Source of the DNA: Lytechinus pictus
Taxonomy: Eukaryota
Assembly: GCF_037042905.1 (NCBI RefSeq)
Contig: NC_087245.1
Span: 18,044,001-18,108,000, forward strand
Direction of reading: 5' to 3'
DNA length: 64,000 bases
The translations under genes and the position numbers were made by a program. This document shows positions 55,601 to 63,136 of the stretch, piece after piece. Within the stretch, counting starts at the first letter, position 1. Every line of letters starts with the position of its first letter. The notes beneath the pieces were generated by a model. That model ran no database searches. It was given only the letters and a program-made list of their open reading frames with translations, and was not told where the DNA came from.

Positions 55601-57881
55601 TAATAGGTGATTCTTCATCAGCTTGAATTTTATAAATCTCGATCAGTCCTGAGTCGTCTCAATCCTGAAGGTACTCGAGCTAGTTTTCAGCAATTACAAG
55701 TTATGATCTTTGGACTTTTAACTGATATTTGCACATCACAATCACATGTATGTTAATACCACTACTTCATATCCTAGTAAAAAAAATAATCACTTGATAT
55801 TTACTTGGATTGCTGAGTGGAAACCACATTTTAAAACAATGTTCCCAATACTTGTATGCTACATTGATTACACACAATACAAGTATAGAGTGGGCTTTTT
55901 TTACTTAACCATTGCCAAGTAACAATATCTTAGCATTCTATTTTCCACTGACATACATGTAGTAGCTCTACAGCAGAGAAAAGGCAACAAAATTCACAAA
56001 TCATTCTACACCCCCCCCCCTTCAAATAGGCCTACACCATTACCATTGTCTCTGCCTTTCATATATTAAAACGAATTGCATTAATTTTCTTCAATAAAAT
56101 ATTCCCTCATCACTAAATTCTCTTGCTAACGTTAACATTACTAGATACTGTAGAACTTTATGCCTGACCATCTTTCTCTTTAAACTATATTGACATAATC
56201 AGGATAAAATTTGCATAATGGACTATCTGCCAGGCATGTAATTCTTCCTAATGCACTGAGTGATGATGTAGACCCTCATGGATATTGACCCAACCAAGAT
56301 GTGTCAATACCCCATTCATACTACCATGCCAAATAGAATATACATGTACAGAGGATTCCTCTGTGTAACACAATGGAGACGGGAGTCATGGAGTAAAATG
56401 AAACAAAACAATTTAAAGGTACCGGTAATTAATAAATAATACAATTTGTAAAATTCAAGGTATCAAAATGCTTTATCGTGTGAGCGATGCTTACAACAAC
56501 AGGGATGGGGTTCTCACCTATAACAAAACAGACAGGTTTTTTCTTCAAGATGGCCTAGGGATTTTGCTATAAGTATCCAATGTCATTCCTATCAAGAACT
56601 TCCAACATTCCACAATTTTAAAATTGAAACAATTTCCTGCAGCTCTACCAAAACCATACAAGCCACCCCATCCCAAATTATGCATTTAGGTGCTTTCATT
56701 CCCACCTGACCACAGAAATTATTTCCCTGGTTTAAAGCACAATACTTTTACATGTACCAGCAAGTTGGTAGATGTAAGTAGTTTTCACTCAGTGATGTAC
56801 GGAGGATTCAATATTAAGAGAAAATGTATCGCCAAATGCCTGTCATGACAAAGAACCACAAAGAAGTCTTTGTTTAAAATCGGTGCATCAAAACAGCAGT
56901 TTCGTCAATGATTCTGGACAAACGACATATTTGCATTTTTCGTCAGCTCTGAAACTTAGGATAAAACTGCTGGTCCATTTCACTAATTTCCAACAAAAAC
57001 CTCCAAGCTGTTCTTTGCTATTTGACGGGCATTTTCAATACATTTACCCTGTTCTTGAATACTCTGTGCATCGCCAAGCAAAAACTCCCTATTCTCAGGA
57101 TTAAAAGAACTGTAGATGTGATGCAAGAATTCAATTTTATGCGAGTTTTGTTCCTCTTTCATATCTATTGCAACATTATCTGGTTCAGACGGGAGTGAAT
57201 ACATGCAATCAAATATTGGTTATTTTGAAGCCTGAACAAGTTCCCATAATTTACAAGTATCTTTTTATCCAGTAGGTGTGAAAGCACCTGTAATCAACTG
57301 TACCATTCCAAACTTCACACTCGGATGACTACCACTCTGAAATATATCAAGCACTACAAGGTCACCTGTTCTTTGATACAAATTTATGTACTCACTGTAC
57401 ATTGAATGAATTCTTATGTACAAGGAATTACAGCGTATTAGTAAATATCAAATCAAGTCTAAAATTTAAAAAATAAATTGGCTCAATCTTTCACTACATT
57501 GTACATGTATGTATGTATGTAGATCTCCATTATTCTTTGCTCACATTATGACACTTCAAGGGTAGGCCTATTTGTTTATAAAAGATATTTTTCTTGTTTT
57601 AAAATTGCATACTAAATGAAAAGAAAAAATAACATGACAAGTCTTTAAAATCAAACAATTAAAATTATTACTCTGTTCACGTTGAAACCAAATGCATAAA
57701 TTGCAGCTGCTCTGATGGAATATTAGTAATTAAAATGCAAAATCAACAGGTACCATGTACATATAGGTGAATTTTGTTAATCAGCTTATATTAATTGAGG
57801 CAAGCTTACCAGAATGGGAGAAGTGCTGGGTGCATGCCTCTGCAAACGAAGTCTTTTATCCTTAATATCCAAATCCTCCAT
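5012..57881 (-). CDS. OSBPL6: Oxysterol-binding protein-related protein, ORP3/6/7 subfamily (PH + FFAT + ORD); spliced CDS of 20 exons, 2718 nt, 905 aa
   Basis: Manual assembly: complement(join(5012-5117,5622-5744,6330-6456,6894-7038,7875-8010,11753-11895,12219-12431,12947-13128,31574-31649,32373-32486,34336-34452,35070-35227,36886-37036,37825-37929,38450-38547,39598-39883,40765-40890,41438-41491,48612-48797,57810-57881)). All junctions are GT-AG, phases are consistent and there is no internal stop. Motifs: [22 protein letters not shown] (ORP3/6/7-type PH), EFFDAQE (FFAT), [53 protein letters not shown]. The symbol denotes the subfamily; it is probably co-orthologous to OSBPL3/6/7. Confidence 0.93.
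5622..5744 (-). CDS. OSBPL6: ORP coding exon 19: [26 protein letters not shown]...YQPRFFR (ORD)
   Basis: ttttggtag acceptor, CAG|gtatct donor; 123 nt, phase 2/2. Confidence 0.96.
5990..6144. mobile_element. ~155-bp palindromic MITE
   Basis: gggacccgttgca...tgcaacggggacc ends; inner inversion gtaactttgcatcca / tggatcgcaaagttac. Confidence 0.6.
6330..6456 (-). CDS. OSBPL6: ORP coding exon 18: [23 protein letters not shown]...[13 protein letters not shown] (ORD)
   Basis: cctatcag acceptor, GAG|gtgaga donor; 127 nt, phase 1/2; not represented in the ORF track. Confidence 0.96.
6894..7038 (-). CDS. OSBPL6: ORP coding exon 17: [13 protein letters not shown]...[23 protein letters not shown] (ORD)
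   Basis: gtctcag acceptor, CTG|gtaagt donor; 145 nt, phase 0/1. Confidence 0.96.
7875..8010 (-). CDS. OSBPL6: ORP coding exon 16: [28 protein letters not shown]...CKLTFTK (ORD)
   Basis: tcttccgtag acceptor, AAG|gtaaag donor; 136 nt, phase 2/0. Confidence 0.96.
8731..9340. mobile_element. Non-autonomous foldback DNA transposon, TTAA target, AGG...CCT termini (Kolobok-like)
   Basis: TTAA|AGGACAAGTCCACC ... GGTGGACTTGACCT|TTAA; imperfect inverted arms over ~250 bp (gaaaatttcatcaaaatcggatgtaaaataagaaagttat and its reverse complement). Confidence 0.8.
10958..11549. mobile_element. Second Kolobok-like foldback MITE (TTAA target)
   Basis: TTAA|AGGAGAATGAAAC ... GTTTCATTCTCCT|TTAA; inner arms attggcaatgcgaccaagatct / agatcttggtcgcattgccaat. 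Confidence 0.8.
11753..11895 (-). CDS. OSBPL6: ORP coding exon 15: [12 protein letters not shown]...[20 protein letters not shown] (OSBP signature)
   Basis: ccaccag acceptor, AA|gtaaga donor; 143 nt, phase 0/2. Confidence 0.97.
12219..12431 (-). CDS. OSBPL6: ORP coding exon 14: [13 protein letters not shown]...[26 protein letters not shown] (ORD)
   Basis: attcag acceptor, AAG|gtgaga donor; 213 nt. Confidence 0.97.
12947..13128 (-). CDS. OSBPL6: ORP coding exon 13: ENGREE...[47 protein letters not shown] (ORD lid)
   Basis: atacag acceptor, CAG|gtaatt donor; 182 nt, phase 1/0. Confidence 0.95.
13073..13500. repeat. Degenerate ~210-bp tandem duplication covering the 5' part and acceptor of exon 13
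   Basis: 13073-13280 vs 13283-13500 share gtgtgttctacgg..gtatgtgatc.agatg.tgcct, aaataaaacaaataatcac and gtgaaaaggaataa. Confidence 0.8.
19636..19870. repeat. ~235-bp imperfect palindrome (foldback MITE core)
   Basis: aaggagctaatctggtccctaat / attagggaccagataagctcctt; cctgatggagtga / tcactccatcagg; tcaagagtga / tcactcttga; centre near 19755. Confidence 0.8.
22920..23320. repeat. (GA)n microsatellite and purine-rich low-complexity tract
   Basis: (AG)n at ~22993-23020 within a GA-rich stretch. Confidence 0.9.
25050..25160 (-). mobile_element. 111-bp ribozyme-carrying insertion (Penelope pLTR- or retrozyme-like) flanked by a 14-bp direct repeat
   Basis: TAATTTCTAATATA at 25036-25049 and 25161-25174; insert on minus strand = (TAAG)n, small hairpin, hammerhead, AATAAA. 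Confidence 0.7.
25081..25124 (-). ncRNA. Type I hammerhead ribozyme, sense to the ORP pre-mRNA (intron 12)
   Basis: Minus strand reads CTAGTCG-CTGATGA-GCC(TTAG)GGT-GAAA-CA(GTC)TG-TA-CGACTAG: 7-bp stem I, complete CUGAUGA/GAAA core, stems II and III, GUA cleavage triplet. Confidence 0.85.
25293..25445. mobile_element. One end of a CCC(G)n-terminated DNA transposon with subterminal repeats (CACTA/EnSpm-like), truncated
   Basis: ccctggggggcactc followed by three gggtct..ggaac repeats; no partner end found. Confidence 0.4.
25854..26328. mobile_element. MITE with 22-bp TIRs and 3-bp (AAT) duplication, PIF/Harbinger-like
   Basis: aat|AGGTGGTTTCAAACCGCCTCGA ... TCGAGGCGGTCTGAAACCACCT|aat; internal repeats gctttcacat..ccaaaatacctg. 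Confidence 0.75.
26475..27198. mobile_element. Tc1/mariner-pogo-type MITE (TA target)
   Basis: TA|CAGTCCGACCTTTCTT ... AAGAGAGGTTGGACTG|TA; subterminal TTATCCGGA repeats. Confidence 0.75.
28392..29570 (+). mobile_element. Helentron/HINE (DINE-1/pearl/Tsp-like) element with a central ~163-bp tandem array
   Basis: Subterminal inverted repeats GTCTCGCCTGCAT (28415-28427) / ATGCAGGCGAGAC (29554-29566); 3' hairpin GTCTCGC...GCGAGAC; (GCC)n microsatellite; monomer anchors at 28673, 28837, 29000, 29163, 29355. Confidence 0.75.
30226..31210 (-). mobile_element. Internally deleted hAT-superfamily transposon, 14-bp TIRs, 6-bp duplication
   Basis: ttatca|CAGAGATGCCAACC ... GGTTGGCATCTCTG|ttatca; retains the transposase N-terminus. 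Confidence 0.8.
30350..30655 (-). pseudogene. Truncated transposase N-terminus with C2H2 (BED/TTF-like) zinc finger
   Basis: [28 protein letters not shown] followed by [15 protein letters not shown] at 30655 gives [18 protein letters not shown] if one A is removed from the A8 run at 30630-30637. Confidence 0.7.
31264..31528. mobile_element. MITE of the GGCC(C/T)GTATTCTGAA family
   Basis: ggcctgtattctgg ... ttcagaatacaagcc; related copies at 50513-50776 and ~39263-39525. Confidence 0.55.
31574..31649 (-). CDS. OSBPL6: ORP coding exon 12: [25 protein letters not shown] (acidic tract)
   Basis: ttttgttttgtaag acceptor, ATT|gtaagt donor; 76 nt, phase 0/1. Confidence 0.85.
32373..32486 (-). CDS. 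OSBPL6: ORP coding exon 11: [38 protein letters not shown] (FFAT motif at 32406-32426)
   Basis: ctacag acceptor, GAG|gtaaaa donor; canonical FFAT EFFDAxE. Confidence 0.93.
32810..34094 (+). mobile_element. Second Helentron/HINE-like element with six ~154-bp tandem monomers
   Basis: AACAAG start; GTCTCGCCTGC (32833) / GCAGGCGAGAC (34080-34090); (GAC)n; monomer anchors at 33123, 33277, 33431, 33585, 33746, 33901. Confidence 0.78.
34336..34452 (-). CDS. OSBPL6: ORP coding exon 10: [20 protein letters not shown]...TLPLQ (coiled-coil-like)
   Basis: cacacag acceptor, CAG|gtaatt donor; 117 nt, phase 0/0. Confidence 0.88.
35070..35227 (-). CDS. OSBPL6: ORP coding exon 9: [12 protein letters not shown]...AMMQDSMHK
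   Basis: ctttcttccag acceptor, AAG|gtgatc donor; 158 nt, phase 1/0. Confidence 0.86.
35304..36447. mobile_element. piggyBac-like MITE (outer), TTAA target
   Basis: TTAA|CCCTAA ... TTAGGG|TTAA; subterminal palindromes ggggccattatggcccc near both ends. Confidence 0.8.
35374..35753. mobile_element. piggyBac-like MITE (inner), nested in a TTAA of the outer element
   Basis: TTAA|CCCTAAATAGACTGGG ... CCCAGTCTTTTTAGGG|TTAA; 35450-35720 is similar to 36150-36410. Confidence 0.8.
36886..37036 (-). CDS. OSBPL6: ORP coding exon 8: [12 protein letters not shown]...[11 protein letters not shown]
   Basis: ttctttttcag acceptor, AAG|gtaatt donor; 151 nt, phase 0/1. Confidence 0.87.
37170..37520 (+). mobile_element. 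Penelope-like retroelement terminal-repeat fragment
   Basis: Contains the minimal hammerhead; its part 37337-37460 is homologous to 39031-39172 (cttttcaggact...ctttcaagaaa...cacatggtg..cggtaaacc). Boundaries approximate. Confidence 0.5.
37194..37234 (+). ncRNA. Minimal Penelope-type hammerhead ribozyme motif (antisense to the ORP gene)
   Basis: ACTC-CTGAAGA-T-GGACAG(TCAAC)CTGCCC-GAAAC-GTC-GAGT: 4-bp stem I, stem II with one A.C mismatch, palindromic ACGT stem III, GUC site. Confidence 0.7.
37547..37790. repeat. Compound (CAT)n(CTT)n(CAC/CGC)n microsatellite
   Basis: Directly visible; source of the poly-I/poly-M/poly-S ORFs in the track. Confidence 0.95.
37825..37929 (-). CDS. OSBPL6: ORP coding exon 7: [35 protein letters not shown] (basic patch)
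   Basis: ctttcag acceptor, TCG|gtaagg donor; 105 nt, phase 0/0. Confidence 0.85.
37982..38128 (-). mobile_element. tRNA-derived SINE head
   Basis: Minus strand ggcggtgccc-TGGCCGAGCGG (A box)-tctaaggcg...GGATTCGATCCC (B box), followed by tagcaaggcattt; no acceptor stem or CCA end. Confidence 0.7.
38303..38438. mobile_element. ~135-bp MITE
   Basis: ctggggtgtgtttcatgaag ... ctcacgaaataccccc imperfect TIRs. Confidence 0.5.
38450..38547 (-). CDS. OSBPL6: ORP coding exon 6: [33 protein letters not shown]
   Basis: gacag acceptor, GAG|gtaagt donor; 98 nt, phase 1/0. Confidence 0.88.
38828..39030 (+). mobile_element. tRNA-derived SINE (5' and 3' truncated)
   Basis: B box GGTTCAAATCCC, then ccttcagcaagg...cactcgacccaggtg...aaatgg, shared with 51156-51513; tail links to 58418-58520. 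Confidence 0.7.
39598..39883 (-). CDS. OSBPL6: ORP coding exon 5: [21 protein letters not shown]...DLDKCYK (PH C-terminal helix and linker)
   Basis: cattcag acceptor, AAG|gtatgg donor; 286 nt, phase 0/1. Confidence 0.9.
40765..40890 (-). CDS. OSBPL6: ORP coding exon 4: [13 protein letters not shown]...[15 protein letters not shown] (PH)
   Basis: ttcttag acceptor, AAG|gtat donor; 126 nt; IDxDTExxxYHLK is typical of ORP3/6/7. Confidence 0.93.
41438..41491 (-). CDS. OSBPL6: ORP coding exon 3: [18 protein letters not shown] (PH)
   Basis: ttgcag acceptor, GAG|gtgaga donor; 54 nt; continues the PH motif. Confidence 0.92.
42374..42691. mobile_element. Probable MITE
   Basis: atagagtaccaaactgtgacatca ... 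acgtcatcacttcagtattctat; inner accatattttggta / taccaaaat arms. Confidence 0.45.
43451..43971. mobile_element. PIF/Harbinger-like MITE with TAA duplication and AATCA(T/C)GATT repeats
   Basis: TAA|GGGTGCGTTTATCCG ... CGGATAAACGCAGCC|TAA. Confidence 0.8.
44048..44080. mobile_element. 33-bp perfect palindrome with 7-bp duplication (P-element-like footprint)
   Basis: gttgaaa|CATGGACCTACTACTC-T-GAGTAGTAGGTCCATG|gttgaaa. Confidence 0.7.
44367..44390. mobile_element. 24-bp palindrome with 7-bp duplication (P-element-like footprint)
   Basis: atccaac|aATGGAGATG-TTTG-CATCTCCATG|atccaac. Confidence 0.6.
44599..46192. mobile_element. 1.6-kb non-autonomous DNA transposon, CAGGG termini, 6-bp duplication (hAT-like)
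   Basis: attctt|CAGGGACTCGATTTTAA ... TTAAACTGAGTCCCTG|attctt; CpG-rich left end; gctcc repeats at the right end. Confidence 0.75.
47280..47850. repeat. Pyrimidine-rich low-complexity tract
   Basis: C/T-rich plus strand; gives spurious P/S/F/L-rich ORFs. Confidence 0.85.
48612..48797 (-). CDS. OSBPL6: ORP coding exon 2: EDPGPSNR...[19 protein letters not shown] (start of PH domain)
   Basis: Acceptor ttttcctcgtaccacag, donor AGG|gtaagt; 186 nt, phase 0/0. Confidence 0.93.
50513..50776. mobile_element. MITE with ~25-bp TIRs
   Basis: GGCCCGTATTCTGAACTCAGGTTTA ... TAAACCCGACTTCAGAATACAGGCC. Confidence 0.7.
51156..51513 (+). mobile_element. Apparently full-length tRNA-derived SINE
   Basis: A box TGGTGTAGCGG; B box GTTCGAATCCC (51211); CORE-like cctttggcaagg...ctctccacccaggtg..aaatgggtacc; tail aagcgctatataaat + (ATT)n; a fragment of the same core lies at ~18962-19050. 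Confidence 0.85.
52070..52995 (+). mobile_element. Third HINE-like element (three ~158-bp monomers, (GACG)n, 3' hairpin), interrupted by a MITE; 5' end not identified
   Basis: Monomer anchors at 52071, 52231, 52388; gacggacggacggacgac at 52533; 3' GTCTCGCC...GGCAAGAC at 52961-52989. Confidence 0.65.
52565..52957. mobile_element. PIF/Harbinger-like MITE (TTA duplication) nested in the HINE-like element
   Basis: TTA|AGGCTGTGCTCCACCAGCCCGTGTTT ... AAACTCGGGCTTGTGCAGACCGCCCT|TTA. Confidence 0.65.
53809..54016. mobile_element. Tc1-like MITE with perfect 37-bp TIRs, TA target
   Basis: TA|CAGTGGTGCTAAAAAGTTAGTGAACCCCACCAGAAAA ... TTTTCTGGTGGGGTTCACTAACTTTTTAGCACCACTG|TA. Confidence 0.9.
54170..54264. 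repeat. (AAT)n microsatellite
   Basis: Directly visible. Confidence 0.9.
57810..57881 (-). CDS. OSBPL6: ORP coding exon 1 (probable initiator): [24 protein letters not shown]
   Basis: ATG at 57881 with an upstream in-frame TAG; donor CTG|gtaagc in phase 0, matching the next exon; upstream acceptors ttctttcag at 57917 and 57930. I cannot recognise homology for this peptide. Confidence 0.65.
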
Positions 57882-58417
57882 TACTCTTAAGCAACACTAC
57901 TCCACCACATGATCACCTGAAAGAATCACCTGAAAGAACAATGTTATAATATGTTATTAATCTTTAAATCTTGTATGATAGATTGTGGTATCATGCAAGT
58001 AGTTTCAGAAACTGTCAGTTCCAAGAAGCAGTCGGTAAACTTTACCCAGAATTCAAAATCAAAATCACCTATATTATGAAAGCTAAAGTGATTCCTATTT
58101 CCTACCGCACCTAAAGTCCGCAGACACAAGATGCTGATTGAAAATTTGATCAACAAGAGGGGTTTCACACTTGACTCATACAAACATTGTACAACCATGG
58201 AGCTTGGTACTACCATACAAGAGGGTCCTTCTGTACAAAAATTACCAATCGGCAGGTACTCAATAGTCTGCATACATGTATTTAGATTCAGACCATTTTC
58301 TTCCAGTAAAGGGTATACATGCAAACTTTGCACATCAAATTATAAAACTAGGGACTCTCAGAAGACAGGATGTACAGAACATCCCAATTATTTATCGTTT
58401 TTTATTATCATCATTAC

Positions 58418-58520
58418 CCCGGCTAAAGCAGGGGTAATAATAGCAGGGCCAGCTGGGAGAACAGTTTTCGGAACTGAAGTGGCTACCCTGGGTAAATATG
58501 CCGTTATTATTATTATATCA
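58418..58520 (+). mobile_element. SINE 3' tail fragment
   Basis: ggggtaataatagcagggcc.gctgggagaacagttt...actgaagtggctaccctgggtaaa + (ATT)n; reverse-orientation copies at ~49080-49196 and ~59728-59832. Confidence 0.65.
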
Positions 58521-60187
58521 TAAAAATAATTGACTTTATTTTCATCGAAAACATTTGTTGAATTTTCCACTAGAATACGATATTTGTCACAAGTAAATTT
58601 TTTACTACTATTGAGGTAAAGCACCCATTTACAGACATGCCGAATACTATATTGTACTATATAAATGATATTCTGAATCAGATCTCATATCAAAGAAAAC
58701 TAGTTTAAGCAGGGTAGTGTTATTTCTGGTTAAAGATTAGGGTGGGAACAAATAGCAAAAAATGTATGAAATAAAAAAGCAAACTCACAATACTCTAAAA
58801 GTAACAGTGTGAAGAATAGATATGAGAATTTTATTGTGCACATTCCACAAAATCACAAGCATTTCACAGACAATTATAACCCCAAGCTTTCTTGGCAATG
58901 CAATGTGTACACTGTAGACAGAACATGCATAGAAAAACATAAGGCTGAAGGATATATTATTATCTGCCCTCAGGCCTCAAATTGTACAAATAGCCCATGT
59001 GATAGAACCCTGGCATACAGTACTGGTATCTTATGTACTGGGTTATATAATTTTGCATTAAAAACAAATGCAAAAAAATGTATATTTAGTTATTGTTTTT
59101 TTTCATACTACAGTTTACAGTACAATTTTAATGTTCCCTTTGTAATTTCATCTATCCCATGATTTCCTTCCATACAGCCTTTCCCTATTAAACATTTAAA
59201 ACGGGTACTCCGAGCTGAAAATGATTATAAAAAGAGTAAAAGGGCAATTCCATAAAATATATACGTCCGACCCCCTATATGTGGGACCTTTATGAAATTT
59301 CTGTCTCTGATTTCTGGTTCTTGTGACAGTCTGTAATGCTCTGAAATGACCATGACTTGGTCAGTTTACGAAGTGAAGTAAAACTTGTGGGGGTTGGATG
59401 TACAAAAAGGTTGATTATTTTACAGAATTGCCCAAAATTCACTGAGAAAAAACTAAAAATTTCTTCAAAACCTATAAACAAGTATAAATGAAGTCAGTGA
59501 ATTTTAAAGTTTAGCAATATTTTGTGAAAACAGTTCGATGCAGGATTACATGTAGGTGGGCTAATGATACTCTGGTGTGCAAACCATTCACTCCAGTAAT
59601 GGTCTCAATGTGCTGCCTACATGTAAATACCTAGTGTACTGCAAGATTTATATGTGCTTTGCGTGGAGACCCAATTGCTGATCAAATTTTCAATCAGGGT
59701 CTGTGCCTGCAGACTAGGCTGATGATGTAATAATAATAGTACATAATAATGTTCTATTTACCCAGGGTAGTCACTTCAGTTTATAGGAAACTGCTCTAAC
59801 AGTGGGCCCTGCATAACATAATATCATTACCCTTCTCCAATCTACTAAATGTATTTGATTCTTTCATATAGCAGATAATACAGTATGTCTCCCTTGCAGT
59901 TGCAATAAAATAAGTTGCTGCAATGATATCTTATGCCTGACATCAGGTCATATCATTTTTCCCCCTTTATGGTGGGCAAAATTTGATTACATATAATTTC
60001 ATAATAAAATATAAAAGAGGGGATATGACATCATTACATGTAGCTTGTTCGTTGCATAATCATGAGGACATGCATATTACTGTTTTATCGAAATAAGACA
60101 AAGCTTTAAAATGCCATATCTTTGTTATTCATTGTTTGATTTTGAGTTGTCAGTATTCTGTTTGTCTGATTTTACTTTTATCTGTTT

Positions 60188-60750
60188 CCCGAGGGGGCCA
60201 CTTACATTGGCGAGTGGATACCATGCGCGACCAAAAACATGTAAAAAGGATGTCTTTTTCAACATAGGGCACGTTAGGTACCTAACGTGATAAGTGTCAA
60301 AAACACTAAAATAATGAAAAAAGGTATCTATTTTCGCTAGAAAAGCTACGTGTTTAGGGTCAAATTTGCGAGGGTGTAAAAAATTATGACTAAAATGTTT
60401 TATAAAGGACGTACTTTTGCCCCAAGAGTCAACACTACATGTTTAGAGTACGATTTGCACAAGATGTGAGAGGTGGGGCTGTACTAAACCCAATGATGTA
60501 GGTGAAGGTAAAACCGACGTCCATGACATAACAATAAAAATATCGCTGTACTTGTTTAGGGGGTAAATTCAGGGAACTTGCCAAGAGTATCATTTTGTTT
60601 CCAATACTTGTTAAGGGTAGGGTTTCACATGCCAATACTTGTTAAGGGGTGCATTTTCAGAAAATGGAAAATACGTGTTTAGGGTGCTTTTCGAGACCCC
60701 ATGGTCGCGCATGGTATCCACTCATCAATGGAAGTGCCCCCCCCCCCCCG
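60188..60750. mobile_element. MITE with ~45-bp TIRs and CCC(G)n termini (CACTA/EnSpm-like)
   Basis: cccgagggggccacttacattggcgagtggataccatgcgcgacca ... tggtcgcgcatggtatccactcatcaatggaagtgcccc. Confidence 0.75.
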
Positions 60751-62635
60751 CCCCAGATCTGTTCAAATCATTTATTTTCAACCTAGAGTACACATTTAAG
60801 GAACCTGTATGTACAACATAGGCCTATACATTAAGATGCACATATGTAGTCCTCCGATTAAACAAAATAAATATGAACTGCTACTGACTCAGGCAATAGA
60901 CAGACCAGTTGTTGCATATCCCTGCATGTACACATACATTACTACCACAAACTATCCTTGCAATATATGGAAGGTCCTCAAAAGCACTTGTAACAATGAA
61001 ATTGGTTAGTGACGTCAAGTAGCCTAATGTAATGTATTTTGTTGTGCAATCTGTCAATCTGCACATCTGCAAATGTAGACATGGCCACATTGAAGTAGGG
61101 ACTGCAACACAAAGTGACATGCATGCAGTAGTATTAAATTTCAGTAAAGACAATTTACACGTAAAATCCTCTACAATATTCCCTCCAATACATGTACATG
61201 TACATTCTACATGTACTGTGTTTATCTCCACATTGCCAGATTGGATCAGAATAGTAATAACAATACTCTTCTTTTTTTATTTCACTAGTCGATTTATTAA
61301 TGACCAGTCCAGTAGACCACCTTTCTAATTATTACTTTCAATCATTCTCCAGTTATATGTCAAACATCAATCAGCTTCTGCATTTCATTATTCTTTTGTA
61401 GAAATTTCGCTAAACATTGAGCGAGATTATTTTTCGTAATTTGCATATTTTGTATGTTGATATTTGTAAGCAGTGCTACATGAGGGGGGAGGGGATGATA
61501 TGCTTCAGAGCAACAGCTATTTATTATGCTTTTCTCACCCGTGACCAGCATGTAGCACTGCTCCATTCTGCATCGTTTGTTTTTACAATGTATAATGTCA
61601 TCTATTGGTTGTATCATGATTTGGTCAAATAAATAATAATAATCATACACAGCTGTACAATATAACCGTTAAAAATAAAATACACAGAAAGGACTTGCAA
61701 GATTAACCCAAAGCTTAAACTTGAAGGTTAATTTCCCCTCAGTACTACAGTATGTGCAAAAAGTAAAACTTCATCAAAGTATTACATGTGGTGACAGTTT
61801 TAAATTTAGTCTTCACAATCAAAAGACAGTTATAATGCTCAACATGGGTTGCATACATGTACAAATGAGGGAGCCAACAATGTCATGCATTCACTATCAA
61901 TCACCTTTTAGTTTTATTTCATTTACCCCATAAACATATTGTGTATTCTGACTTGCCATGAAACTTTTAAATTCATTACTGTATCAACATACATGTACAT
62001 GTATTGTGGGAGGGTAAGCCAGAAACCAATGACTGTGAATTAAAAAAAATATGGTAAAACACTGAAGATAGTTGTCTTGACATTCCAACATACATTTAAG
62101 AGCAGAATAACATTATTAGTACAGTATATACAGTATAATAAATTGTGATTCAATTCAATGCTTGTTAATAATCAAATCCATGAATCTAAGGAATATGTGA
62201 GAAAATTAGGCGATTCAAGTTTTAAAATTAATATTATTTTCCCAATTTGTTCAAAATTTAATTATTCTTTTTTATTTATTTTGGTATAAAATAATGTTGC
62301 ACATACACTGGAGCAGCCATACGGCTGAATTGCGTACAATTTACAAAACTGAATGATGTACATGTATACAATACACTATTCTACAATACACAATACAATT
62401 ATAGTTGATAAAATTTATTAAAGAATATTGAAAAAAGACATAAATAACTAAACTCCGATCTAAAGTCAATGAATATTGGTAACAGAATTTAACAAATGCA
62501 TTTACTAAATGAAGATTTTATAATATAATTCAATACGGTTGCTTTGGGATGTATATACATGTCAAAGAAATATGCCATCTTTCATATAATTCATGTACCC
62601 CATGCAAACCAATCACCTCTGCTGCAATAATTATA

Positions 62636-63136
62636 CTAAACTCCTCAAAAAAGTTTGGAAATCTGACTTTGATCGATAATCCCTCCTCAGGATTAGTGAA
62701 TATTAATGTGTGATTGATACCAATGAATAGATCATTTAATTTCCTTTTAAAATGACACCCTACATTATATGATTATGGTTCACATGGAGGTGCAGTGCCT
62801 TGAAATGTGGGGCAAGGTCAAAATTCAAAAGTTGCCAAATGAAGGGGCTTGATTTGAATGGATTTTCATCTCTATTGACACAGACAAAAGATGAACATTC
62901 TTTATTGACCCTTCATGACCATTTCTGCTTGTTTTGCAGCTTTTCAATTCAGACCTCATCCAACACTTTTAAATCCTGCTCTTTTCGTGATGGCATGATC
63001 ATAACACGCATGGTATCATTTTAAAGAGAATTAAATGATCTTTTGAATATCAAATATGCATTACAAGTGTAAAATTGGGAGTTTTGAGAAATTAATGGCC
63101 AAACTCAGATTTCCAAACTTTTTTGAGGGGTTTTAG
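62636..63136. mobile_element. Tc1-like MITE with ~35-bp TIRs
   Basis: ctaaactcctcaaaaaagtttggaaatctga ... tcagatttccaaacttttttgaggggttttag. Confidence 0.75.
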
